In this document: positions 37,901-51,241 of the stretch, piece by piece | Position numbering within the stretch: the stretch's first letter is position 1 | Layout: every line of letters starts with the position of its first letter | Source: Phallusia mammillata | Taxonomy: Eukaryota | DNA length: 64,000 nucleotides | Direction: 5' to 3' | NCBI GenBank assembly: GCA_965637545.1 | Contig: OZ281498.1 | Span: 21,762,001 to 21,826,000, forward strand | Position numbers and translations under genes: made by a program | The notes under the pieces: generated by a model | What the model saw: the letters and a program-made list of their open reading frames with translations, nothing else | The model's database searches: none | Told to the model about the DNA's origin: nothing

Positions 37901-40900
37901 TCAATGAACCCCGCCCCCACGGCAAAAGTCGCCACAGCTGAGCCAAGGGTTTGCTTTGGGTTCGCCCGTAAATCGAAGTAAAGCCTCAATCAGTCATCGG
38001 CCTTACGAAAGTTGTTTTAATCCGGTACAGCGCAGTGTTGGCGTCCGTGCCGGCGAAACAAACATACCAGGATGGGCCCAGGCCGACGCCAGACTGCCAG
38101 GCGCCCTTGCACACCTGCGAGCAAATAACGGATCAACGTTTCGCGTAGCGTTAGGAGCCCGAGCGGAGGTTGGAGCAACCGCGGAGAATGAAAGAAAAAC
38201 CCGCCGCGGATAAGGTTCAATGTTCCGCGGGCTCGCGAACAAACCATTATGTCACCTGACGACGTTTATAATCGTCGCATAATAATCAGATTCGCGGCCG
38301 GATTACGATGTACTGTTTGTCTAAATTTCAATTCATCACGTTGGGCCGCTGTAATGGTCGCGGCGTAAGACCCAGCAGCAGCGCAGCCGCCTCAACTTTC
38401 AATTAAGAGTTGCAAGGCCGGTGTTCGTAGGTGGGCCGTGTTTACATTCGGGGACAATTGTAATCCGGTGAATTATATCACCTTGACGTGTGCTCTGCAA
38501 CACTCAACACGGGTTTGTTGAGGGGAATTAAACACACCTGGTGGGGGCCTTCGTACTCTTGTGTGAGGACTTTCTATAAGCGGAATGGTTGAGTTTTCAA
38601 TAGCTCGTATATTACTAAAACCTTGTCAAAATTAAAAAAAAACTTTATAGGGTGTGGCGTTTTCGTGAGAAGAACGGGTTTTATAATGTGTCAAAGAACA
38701 CTTATCCCAAAGGACGGATCCAAACCAGCAAAGAGGTCTATTTTCTAAACACATCGGTGCAAAAGCTACCTTTGAATATACGTTTCATCTAACTAAAAAC
38801 TGTTTTTCAAATATTTTAACTGTCATTTATGTTATCATCAGCAAGATAAACATTAACAAATATTCATCACATCTCCATAACATGCACGAGGTTTGAGAAG
38901 TGATTTCCTATGACATGACCAAAGATTGCAACGCTCAATAGCTGCTATAGTAGAAAAACATCAATTACTTGAAGCAGAAAATTGGCGCAACCAATAAAAC
39001 ATTGATCTATTACGTCGGGCGGGGTATGCGGCTGATACAGATAACGTCTGGCAAATTACACCACTATTTAGCGATCAGGCGACTGCCGCTAAAAATAAAA
39101 TAACCAAACCGATTTTGGAAAGCCTGCTGCTGAGTGTGTGGGAAAATCTTGGCTCAAATAACGCACATTAGGCCAAAACAACCACCTGGTCACGTGATTA
39201 GGGCCTTAACTTCACTGGCAGATGGTGCGCGTGTGTGAAAATTTTGCCGGTATGCGCGCGCTTTCAACCGTTGTTTGTTTGTGCCGCATATGGTTTGATA
39301 AGGTCGGCGTTGGGTTGTGTTGACCTGTACCGTGGTCACGTGGTTATCTGTCACACAGAATCACGTGATTAAAGTACGGAGTTCACAGCTAAAATGAACC
39401 TTGGTGACAAAATTAGGAGTGTCATCTGCATCGTTACATACAAATGAGACGAGAAGCTATGTTGGGAATGTGTATAAAAATCTGCTTGTTTAATAAAGCT
39501 AAAGACTAAAAACGCGGGAGACTCGTTGAGTCATTCGGTAAGTTTAATCCCAGAAAGGCAATTTATGTTTCTACTTTTGCATGCAAATCAAATTTATGAA
39601 CAAAACCAAAAACACTCGCTCTGTAGGGGGAAAAAGGTAACTTCAATTTCGCAACATAATGCAGAAAAAAGAATTACGGAATAAACCAATCCCGTTTGAG
39701 AAGATCAAATTAACTTTAACGACCGCATGTTGAAAAGCAAAGGTCATCCCATAGATTCCCAGAACATTATCTCTTTTCTACAGACTCCTATGTTGTCACC
39801 AGAATTCATGGACGGCTTATCTCACCAAAACTTGTTGAACACAACGCCACATCTAAGTTCCATGTCGGGAGATCGCAGCAGCTGCACGTTACCAGCTGTT
39901 TTACGTCATTTTACACCGACCAGGACTCCCAAGTTCTGTTTAACAAAATTCCAATGATTTGACTGAAAGCTCGGGACCTTGTACAACACGATGGTACGAT
40001 GAAGTGACGTCATTTGCAGCTTCACACCCCATTGGGCGATGTTTTAACTGCGCTGTTGTGACAAAACACAGTCCAATGGCTGTTTTCGATCCCATTAGAA
40101 GTAAGTAAATCTTCATGCAGTGAAACTGATCAGACGCAGGTTGGTATGGGTAATATCATGCCTGGCGAAAGCTGTTGGGAGTATGTATTTAGAATGCACA
40201 AACACTTTCATTCTTCAGATTGTGCTTGATAAATAAGCAACGTTTTTCGCCCTAATTTGGACAGACTTTAATTTTAAGCTTAAACATTCCTTAAAAAACG
40301 ATTGAATTGGATATGGTGTCGTCATAAATAAGTATTAGTTCCATCTCTTTGTAGTCATTTGTGAATTAAAGGTTTGTTGCCATAATTTGCCTTTGAGTAT
40401 TTATGTTGATCGTATAGAAGGCAGCAATTTGATTTGTCTTGATTATTTCAATTCGTTTCATCTTTGCCATTTCACCACAAAATCAGATTTTTTGCTGTTG
40501 TTATTTTGTTTAGAACTGCTAGAGCAATTTGTTTTGGCAAAGCTGTGCGGTGAAGTACAACAAAAACACAAACAAATTTAAGATTGTTACAAACTTCAAA
40601 CAATTTTCAGTGAGTAGAGAAAGCGGTTTAAGATTACTGAAATCACATTTTAATTATATCGCAGATGAAAATTTCCCCCCTTGAAATCGGATTCTACACG
40701 TTGTAATTCGTTTTGTAAATAAACAACACTTTTTCACTAATGTATGTGAGAACGTCGCATCGTCATTAAAAATGCATAGGGGACTCGTTTAGTTGGCGCG
40801 TGTGACCACGAACCACAACACTGTTAATATTCATGAGCAAAATCAAACTTTGGTTTTGTAACGTTAATATTTAATGCTAATTTTGGAATAATGTGTCTAA

Positions 40901-43900
40901 CTTTTTAAATCAGGATACCATTTGTGTTTTAGGTACCAGAGAAAACGTCCCGCTAAAGTACTTTGAAAATGAAGATAATATTTGTGACGAAATGCAATTT
41001 GTTCTTTAGAAAGTTAGGTTTGAAATAGTGAAAATATTTCCATGGGTATCCGATACATACTTGGATTTACATTTCAGACCATAAGTTTATCATTAGGTAC
41101 AAATCAAAACATAACTGCCAAAACGTTCATTGCAAACGATTTTACAGTACCTTTAGTTGTCATCAGAAAAAATAACCCCCCAAAACGACGTTTTTCTATA
41201 CGTAACGTCCGGAAATGGCTTTCGTAGGCATTCCGTTCGGTGTGTGCAGGCTCCAAGTGCAGCTGCAAAGGTAAAATAAAACTTTGCACATGTTTTGCAA
41301 GCTTGCTTTGCACCGGTTAAACAGATGTTGAAAGAGGATCAGTTGTTCTTAAGCCCTTTGTCCAACCATTTCTACCATTCGTTTATTGTTTGTGGGAAAC
41401 CTTGCCTACCATAACTTAGTTTTAAAAGAAGCTAATATCTAGTAATAGGTCACAGAAAAGGTACACAAAAGTAGAAAACTTGATTAAAAACCAACTACCA
41501 GAGAGTTTAAATGCATTATATTGCAAACCTTATATTGATAATGACAGCAGCCATTATTGTAACATTTCCGTAACAATGTAATCGCTATATACAAGCTCTC
41601 AGGACACTGTAGTTTTAATCAAGCTGTCATATAGTGTTTCAAAGTAGGCAATCTTGAAAAAAAACAAGCTATACACGTGTGGCAGCATGTCGAAAACTAC
41701 ACTTGGGGTCGCTCTTTGCGAACGCCGGATAAGGATAAATTCGTTTGGCGCCAAAACCCAACCCCGCAGGGACCTTTGATCCTTACAGCCACGGACCCGG
41801 GAGATTCAAGCTGGCGTGGGAATGTAGGCAAGGGCAGGTGGGTGTTGGGTGGGAAAATCCAGTGCCAACTTACCGCCGACGGTTGGAGGTTTTCACCGGG
41901 CGCCTCACGGCCTTTTCGCGTAACGCATGTTAATCCTCTACCTTGTGTTTGTTCTATGCAAAGTCGTCGCGCGTTTTAAAGCGATTTACAATGGATTACA
42001 CGCGATTTGGATTATTGCGTGTAAAAACAGCGTCACTGCGTGTTGCCGTTTTTGTTATTTGCGAAATCAAGAGAACCGCCCATGTAAATTACGTCGTGGG
42101 ATTCTTGTGTGAATTGGCCGGTTGAAATAAACAAACGTTTTGATTGACATATTGCCTTCAATTTATTGTGTTTATTCGACACATTGGGTAGTTCAAACGT
42201 CAAAGCTATTTCCAACCAAGGTCGTTGCCAAAGTTCAAGGGCAAGTGGTAGAAGGTTCAAGGGCACTAAATTTATTTATAGCGGTGTTGTATTGTCCATT
42301 TATAACGCTTATTAGGAAACTAGGTCATAAAATACATCATTAACAAAACAATGGGCTAAAACGTTATTTCACCTTTTACACAGCTTTAACGTTGGGAAGA
42401 CTTATAAACCTGTCGCAAAAATGTGGAAAATAATATACCATTGTGTTCAAAATAAGATTTTTATGCGAAAAATGCCCTAAAAATTGACCACAAATTGTTG
42501 TTTTATACGATGTTTTATATACCTTATTTAAGGATGATTTTTTATGAGGTGGTGAAATAAGCAGAAAATTCGGATTGAGGTCATGGCTATTTGCAATGAT
42601 GCCAAAACGGAAGTTTTGTAGACGCGGCCGGCACATAGTTCAGCCATTCGGTAAAAAATCAATCAACAATATGTCACATTTCATAGGCGCAAACAATCAA
42701 GCGGTAACCTGTCGTCGGAAGGGCGGCCTCCACCTATAAGAGCGTGGGAACATTGTAATCACGGCAGCAAAGGGCAGCTGCAAAATGGATGGGAACCCTC
42801 TCTCTATCGCGCCTCGTTTGTTAAGGTTGTTTGTTTTCCAGCGCACGACGGACTTGTTAAAGGGCCGATTTAAGGTGAATCTGCGGTTAGGGGCGAACGC
42901 TGTTGATCCGATAGGCCCGTTTTTGTAGCAGCCATAATCTATGCGCTGTAATTCATAACCTCCGCACGCAAGATTGTGTGTCAGATACTTATCCCTGTCT
43001 GTCATGCGACTCAGTCATTAGACGTTCAGTCCTAAAAAGATGCAGAAAACAACTCTTGTACTTTGACGTAGCCGGGCGAAGGCAGTAACCTCCCAAAAGT
43101 TCAAAAATCTTTTTTGTGTTCTATAACTCTGTGTTCTGAACTAACTTGTATAAAGCCACAACATACTGCCCCAAATATTTTGGCTTATTTGTTGTGGCTA
43201 CAGCAATGATATTGAAAGTTTATTTTTACTCCAGTAGGTTTATTCCATTAATTAGCGCAGTTTTGGGTTTGCTCCTGGGACCTTTAGGCTAATTCTTCTG
43301 AAAAAGTACTTTTTTAAACCGTATTTTATTTTTCGCATGTAAAAATATTTAAAAATGCCAAAATAACACTATACTTACTCAAATAGTTGTGACATACTTG
43401 CTTTTCAATGATGATAATAACGACACCTGCAACGAAATGTATTCATTACATACATGGTACAATTGTTCATCGAGTTTTTATGAAATTAACTAAATGAGTG
43501 TGGGAGATTTATAAAGAGACTAACGTTCAGCATGACGCACAAACGACTCTTTGATTTCACTTTATCAAACGTAAGATCCAACGATTTTGGCAATATGTTT
43601 GATTGTTATAGCGGGGCAACAGCGAGACCTTTGATAAGTGTTTGAAAGTAAAACACACATCAAACACGTTTGGGGCCGCAACCGGCAAAATCTCTATTCC
43701 CCTAGCTCCCGTTTCACAGACAGGGACATCCGAAGTCTCGATTAAGCGTTTAAAAGCAGCTGACAACAATTAAACGGTCTAAAACCGGTACTAGTGACGT
43801 CACGTGAGTATATTTTGGTGCTGGGACTCTGGGGGCTACGTAAATGTCGTTTTGCGTGGGAAACGGAGCCTCCACCTGCCGCCCTTGGTCTTCGAAGCTC

Positions 43901-46900
43901 CCCGGAGGCCGATAAAGGCGACGGGAGCGATTTTTTATTGGCGGGAAACAAGACACAACCTTATTGTCTGTAAACGCACGCGCGCGCCCTCTCTGTTGGA
44001 CAACAAACGGTTGAATGTGATGTCACACAGGCAGATGGCTGACGCGTGGGAACGGCAATTCTAGATTTCACCCGCAAATAACTGAAGCTAAATTACACGC
44101 AAATCGGTAATGGCTCCGTTATCACCTGAATAAAACAAAAACACCAGTATATAGTTCATGTTGTGAAAACTAAAACTAACCGATTTCAGTTAACCCTTTT
44201 TTCAATTTCGTCCGCAGTTGGCACCACTAAATAAAGACAAAACAAAGTATAATCAGCAAATTTAGCGAAATTAAACAAAAGTTCTAAATATGATCAGTGA
44301 ATAAGCTAAAAAATCTGTGGAAAACTAATTACAAAACACTTCGCCAAAATAGCATGACTTCAGTGCGAACATTAAGTCAATTTATGGGCTCCTTTGATGG
44401 GCATAATTTACACAAGCAAACAAACACTAAAATTGCCGATTTTGATTGAAGAATCGGTAAACGTATGACAACAGTTTACAGACAATCCATTTCAGCCTCA
44501 GCGGCGATAAAGGCGCGCTTGTTATGACGCAAAAATGCCGACGGCAGATGTTAGGCGCATGGGAACTTTTTGGTACGGGCGCGATTTCCGCAAATCCAGT
44601 ACAGTGTTTATTTGGCAAGGAGGCGGACCTTGTAAGACGCCTAAACGCACCGATGTTAATAATTTGGTAATCGTCATCGAAACAAAATCGTTTTATTGGG
44701 AGGTGATTTAAATTCGAACCATGGTAAATTCGAACCGATGCATCGGGTTTAAAAATAAATGTTTTTTTTAACCGAAACTTGCTCTAAAAATTGTATTGTC
44801 GTCCTTTTAGGTCCACTAACTTAAACTGTAACTTTGATTTATTTAAGATGAACGTAAATTCATAACTGGGATCAGCCCTGAAGCATTCATGAAGGCCAGG
44901 GATCACGACACACTCATATATAAATCACAAGCATTTCTATACTTGGTGACCGACGACTTCGACTGGCCTGGCGTACTATGATTTAATTTAGTTACTGACC
45001 ATAGTTTCAATAAATTAGTTTCGATTTTCGATACGTCATTGCCAATTTGAGTTAGAGCAAAAGGTCAATTTGAGCAAACATATCCAAAACCTTAAGAAAT
45101 AATGTTGTCTTTCAACGTTTTTTGTAAATCACAAGTTAGCACCATAACCAAGGCGCCGCACGTTGCACAACAGTTAAAAGCCTCTGGTTCATACACAGTC
45201 ATTGCAGTTGAGTGTATTCGATATTCTGTTAATATGCGGCAATACACTGCTATTACGTTTGTATTGTTGCAGGTGCCGTAAGCGAGTGAGCGGTCACGCA
45301 GCAGATGTGAAATCGCGCGGCCATAAACCTGTTAACCTCGCGACCGTTTTACGATAGGAAGTGACCGGTTCCCACAGTATTCTACGGCGCTAATAAACAG
45401 CCACGACCCGGCGGCATCATGCTACAGAGCAAAACCGGCCAATTACTGACCGCCTTAAAGGAGATTTACCGATGGTGGTCAGTACTGGAACGAAGTGCAC
45501 AATGAACCCGTATGACCCCGCGGACACATACTGAGGCTTCAGAGATTTTGACCAAGGGTTGAGGATCAATACCCAGCAGGATTTTAGGTTTAAGCTTTTG
45601 TCGCAGCGGGCAATGTGGTTTGATGGATTGGAACTTGACGTGGTGTTACACAAAAGCGTATGACTTTGATTCCTTGCAATGTAGGAATCAAAAGAACATA
45701 CATCCACGCGGCTTGAAAATACATTGTGAATCCTAATCTCAAACACAAAGTTGGTTTGTGCCACCATGAGTTACTAAACTCGTTTATAGGGATAATAAAA
45801 CTTGACTGCAGTTATAAGACCTCGTCACCCAATTATTAGTTTCCTTTGTGCAAATCCTTACCCCATTTGAAAGCGTGGCTAATACAATATTAAACAAGGG
45901 AATTGCATAAGGCAAGGTTTAAGCGAGTTTAAGAATTTTTCCTTCAGCAGCACTGCAGCACCATTTGTTTGTTTAAAAAAAAACGTCATGTATAATGATT
46001 CGGACAAACCGCAAATCCCAGTGACTCGAACTCATTTTAAATTGTGCTTTTAGCCTACACACGTCCAATTGTCTTGTGTGATTTTACAAATCTTACTTCC
46101 CATCCTAATTAGCTTCAGTTTGTCTAAAGCACAACCCCCTTTATACACGGTGAATCGAAATCACTTACTTACAGCAACAAGACAAGGCCGAACGCCATTA
46201 ACGCAAAGCGAAGTTTTCGCAGCCTCGATCTAAAATACACGGACGACTTAATTTCCGACCAATTCCGGTTTTTACATCCCGCCTATCTTTCACCACTTTC
46301 CAATTTACTCGGCCCGGTTGGGCTACGCAAGGCGGGTTTATCGACTTGTCGGGCCCCGGGACTGCTAAAATTCTGTCCGTGTTTTTCGACATGCTCAATT
46401 AAACGCCTCCCAACAAGTCTGAAGATGGCATTTTCACCCGACAACAGCCGCCTGTCTATTTATTCTGCCTGAGGAGTAACCAAACTTAAGTCTTTTTCGG
46501 GAATGTATAGGTTTATTTGCATAACGCCGAGCGTATACGCGAGAGTGTACAAGAGAAGGCACTGTTGGCGAATGTCGTTTGAAAACGCGAACAAGATTAC
46601 AGCACACGCGTTGTGTATGTACAATACAATAAAACAAGGCGCTAATGGAAGACACACGACAGGACAATGTTCGGAAAGGCTAAAAACGGCACAGGAAGAT
46701 TCGAAAAAGTGTTTGAAGGGTTAATCTTGGTCGCTGAGATAAATTTGGCCTTACATTTACACAAAACAACATACAATCTAAGGCTTGGACGGTGGTTAAT
46801 TGATCGCAATCAGGTTTGGCCCTTGGTGAAATACAACTATACAAAATTTACACAACAAAAATCTACATAAAGGCAAATTTGGCCGGTGATACGGCACAAG

Positions 46901-47110
46901 GCTTTGTCTATAAGGCACATGCGAATGCACGTCATTGTCTACGTCACCGTATGACGTCATGCCACTCCCTGGCAACGGGTTTTGCTCACTCGTGGAGAAC
47001 GAGCCTCGTTCGCAAATCCCTCTTCGTTCTCGTTCCAACGTCACAGCTATGACGTAAATTTGTGATGACATTGACAAGTCATTGATGATGTAACTGCTCA
47101 GTGACGGTGA

Positions 47111-47802
47111 TCAACCAATGCGAGGCGTGGTGCGCATTTCAGTGCACATTGTCTGTAAACAAGAAAACAGAAAGTTAGAAACTTGATATCTTTGTGTATC
47201 TTTACTTTAAATCATTTTGCCATTGAACAAGTTTTAACAGTCATAAAAACGAAAAACGGTAACTTACCACGTTTGTAATATCGTGAAACGACATGCTTCT
47301 CGCGTTGTTGGCTGCAATTTGCATGCACTGGCGGGCGAAACGCTGCTCGCTGCTATCGTTTGCATTGACTTCGGGCTGCTGTTCGTCGAGCATGCCATGT
47401 AACTCATTGATGTAATCCACAGCACGAAGTACAATGTCAAGACTCGTGACTGGCTTCGATTTACATGAAGGGATGACGTCTTTCAATTGACGGTACAAGG
47501 TTCTGTTAAAAAAGAAAAGACTGTTATAAATACTGCATTTTCTTTCAATCGCAAAATCAAAGAGAAAACATATGTTAAAAGTAAGGTTACATTTTAAACT
47601 GATTACGGTTTTATGCTAGAGTTATAAAACATCAAACCATGGTTTTGAATGCTTACCGTAATTCATTCTTTTCCTTAAGCTTTCGGACATGGCTCGGTGC
47701 ATTTGAATCCGTCTTCCTTTTGATATTCGATTCGGTAACAGTATTAATGTCTCTGCATCTAAAGTGCTTGTTAAAGTCCTTTGATGGGCTAGCTTTTACC
47801 AT
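47111..47802 (-). CDS. Id: Id/extramacrochaetae-family HLH protein (copy 2), 140 aa; 3 exons
   Basis: Exons 47657-47802, 47268-47502 and 47111-47152 are GT-AG and in phase (423 nt). Translation: MVKAS...LYRQLKDVIP...SLDIVLRAVDYINELHGML. Confidence 0.85.
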
Positions 47803-47888
47803 TTTGACGTTCTGCTTTTGCTTGAAATGCTAGTCGTATTGGTAAACTGTTCAGCTCGATCTGTATCTACCTCAATGCTGCTAGCTAG

Positions 47889-47975
47889 TTTTATACTGCG
47901 TCACCTACTCTCGTTTTCCCTTTTTCTAAGACGATCGATCAATTTTCTCGCTCTCTCCACTTTTTCCTCGCCTCT
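47889..47975 (-). promoter_or_regulatory. Core promoter of the minus-strand Id gene
   Basis: TATAAAA at 47895-47889, with a purine-rich upstream tract containing GGCGAGGAAAAA. Confidence 0.55.
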
Positions 47976-50900
47976 TGTTACGTCACAAAATCGGCTTTGC
48001 GGACGTAATAATCCCAAGAGAATTATGTGACGACGCCGAAGAACAGAGAAATCGCGTATTGGCGTAATCCGCTTTGGTTTTGCTTTTCGCTTTTACAGCC
48101 AATTAAAACAGCAACAGTCGTTGTAAATTAGGCGGCCCCTCTTTGTTCTGAGTGGGATCAAAGCGTCGCCAATCAACAGAACATCATGTCGCTACAATGT
48201 GATGTTATTACGATGCCGCACTATTATTTGCACAACGTATCACGCGAGGAGGGGCCGCGGTCTCATCAATCGGGTTCGCGTTGTATATTCTGGCAGGTTT
48301 GAAGCGTAAAATCCCGAAAGTCATGTAATACCATTGTTTAAATCAAGGTCCGACAAGCCGACAACTCCGCCCTATTGTAAATACTGCTTCAAAGTGTACA
48401 AAAAATAATAATAAGTCGACATTAGACGTGTTGGTTGGGGTGACATCAAGTCAAAAGTTGTTTGGATTTGTGAAACAACCAGTCGTTGATGCTTCACCCA
48501 AATCAAACCAAACGTTCTAAATATAATACAGATACAACGCAGTAGCACGTACAAATACATGTGATAGTGACAATGCCTTGTTTAACAACGGTATAACTTC
48601 AGGGCGTTTGTCCACTATGTATGCCGGCTACTTTTATCGCTATACAATATTTCAACGTCGCACAATACTTTTCGCCACGGTGAGTAATTGGTAACGTTTT
48701 TTTTTTCAATATTCTTTCACCAATGAGCTCAACTCAATAATGTAAAATGATTAAAAAATAGAAATGGGCGTTAAATTTGTGACGGCCAAGGTTATATATC
48801 TCCTAAACAATACACTAGGAACGGAACTGTTGTCCCGGAAACGTTTACACTGTAGGTTTTACCCAATAGCCGTTATATTTTCCCAGCAGCAGTCGTGTTC
48901 TCGCAACAGTGCGACAGGTTTATGGTCTGAGAACGCACGGGAAACGACTATTCACATGGGGTCTAAAACGTTCTGCCCTTCCGCCGGGATCGCTAGTTGC
49001 AACTCGTTACGTAATGCAGGTTGTACGGCCTCGTAAAATCTCCCTGGCGTGCAATTACGTCCGCAAGACACGGAAGCAACCGACTGTAAAAGTATTAATC
49101 AATAGTTCTACGACAGATAAAAGTTAAAAGGACAGGATTCACGCTACAGTTGCACTTAATATCGATTTCTTAGTGAGTATACCATTGCCAGTGTCCCGTT
49201 TGTCCGACTGGGAGTCGCTGAGGCGTTTAAGATTCCATCCGCAATAATCTTTTTATTTGCTCCATCCCTCAGACGCTTTGAATTGAATTAATTCTGCCAC
49301 TGATAAGGAACTTCCTATTTGTGGCGCTTTGAACGTCCACAATGCTCTAATATTGCGTTAATATTAAAGAGAGTTCCGTCCCACGGCGTAAATAATACAA
49401 TATAATAAAAAGGTATAGGGGATGTAATAAACAGTTGATTAAGGTTTCGCAATATTGTTGCTCGTTGATAAAAATCCTATTCCAGTTTCAGACTTTTTGC
49501 AACAAGACGTCAATTTACGCTATCAGCACTCCAATTAACAAAGTATATTTTTTGCGGCACCTTTTACAAGTAAAATCACAATAAAGGGTTTATAAGCTTT
49601 TTGCACACAACCGTATATTGTCACAAAGCACTCAAAAAAGATGATGACCTTGCAAAATCAAAAATTTCGCGGCAAACTGCGACATCTCGTTTGAGAATCG
49701 TTGATCAATACGTTTAAAGCGTTTCAAGCAAATACAAAAAACAAATTTGAATGATTTGACACTTACATGTTAAAAAGCCATTTGGTGGAAGGTGCAAAGT
49801 TTCACAATCAGATGCCAGACGGTGCAAGCCTTCATTTCCGCATCTCTTGCAGCAAACGAACGGACGAAACGGATGTTTCCAACTAAGATTTCACTTTTCC
49901 TGACAAACAAAGTTACATTTTTGTTTACTACGTGCCGACTAATGAAAAGCTACCATACCAAGTACTAAGTGGTTCAACATATTACTTAACACCAAGTTAT
50001 GCCAAGTAAATGTTGCCTTATTATGGAAATCTAAGTGCAATTTCAGAAAGTTGGTTTTAAGTGTATTTTATCGGTACTTTGGTTAAGCCCTTGATGGTAT
50101 TTGTTTGAATTATATGTCGCTAAAATTCCTCTTATATGAAGATAGAAATAACTTTGGAATAAGAAGTTTTGACTTTTCAACGTCCATTCATTTTCGGCCA
50201 CAATTTACCACCCATATAGTTGGGCGGTTTTGTATAATGTTTGACGACCAACAAAGCACAATATTTTAACATAGCAGTCATAACTTTGGGCTGGCGCCTG
50301 TGGTTAAAACACAAAAATAACACTCCTGTCTTGGCGCCGCCGTCTAGCAAATGGATTTCTGGTGCTTTGTTGATGCGTTCAAAATATTTTTCTGTTGCAG
50401 AGGGAAGATTAGGCCAAAATTCAGGAGAAAGTTGCTGTGTTTTAAAAGATAGCATTAGAGTGCGTTGTGTCAACTGTCAAAACGAAACAGGAGTAATAAG
50501 TTTGTCTGTAGCAAAGCATAGGTTTTAATACTGTAAAGTTCCCTTCACATACCATGAACAATTTCCCAGATTTTATAGCAACAGACTGTGCTGTCCCAAA
50601 CTGGCACAGCTTGTAAATTCAGGCGGTACAAAAGAACCGATCACCCCGCAACAGCACAGCCTGTCTGCGGTTTGGGACACACAAAGCCAAAACAAGCGCC
50701 CGAACCTGTAATTAAAACATGATACGCCTATAGTCGAATCGCACAGGTGCTGAAAAAGCGTGAAAGGGCTCGACCTCTGTGACTTATTGCTGTGCCCTCG
50801 ACATACAATGGCTGGGGCTTTTGAAAGAATTTGAACAACGCCACATATGACGCTATATAATGATACACGTATATTGTGTAGTGTGACTGCCACCCGTGAG

Positions 50901-51168
50901 AAGACGCTAGCTTGGCGATGGGAGCTATTGTTCCTAGATGAGCCGGGCTTACAACAACCACCAAAAGCTCGTATTTGTAGCACCTGACTGACAATTCCAA
51001 CACCCAAAATAAGACACAACAAAACACCTGCCAATACAAACAGCAAGAGCATAAATTCGTCGCTTGGTAAAGGTTGAAAATGTAAAGGCAATGGACTTTT
51101 TTTATTAACCTTTATCAATAGGTGCTGTTTGTAAGATAGAAAAACATTTATTGACCCAAAAAAGAATG

Positions 51169-51241
51169 CGCCCAACGTGGGGCTCGAACCCACGACCGTT
51201 GGATTAAGAGTCCAACGCTCTACCGACTGAGCTAGCCGGGC
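51169..51241 (-). tRNA. tRNA-Lys (anticodon CTT)
   Basis: GCCCGGCTAGCTCAGTCGGTAGAGCGTTGGACTCTTAATCCAACGGTCGTGGGTTCGAGCCCCACGTTGGGCG, 73 nt, full cloverleaf, followed by a T-run Pol III terminator. Confidence 0.95.

Noticed and set aside
41815-44075. Su(H) paired site (head-to-head, 15-17 bp spacing)
   Set aside because: No inverted partner at the right distance for any CGTGGGAA. The sites are monomeric.
50333-50345. GGCGCCGCCGTCT and other near-miss BMP elements (36029, 52066)
   Set aside because: Wrong spacer length or no GTCT, so they were not counted.
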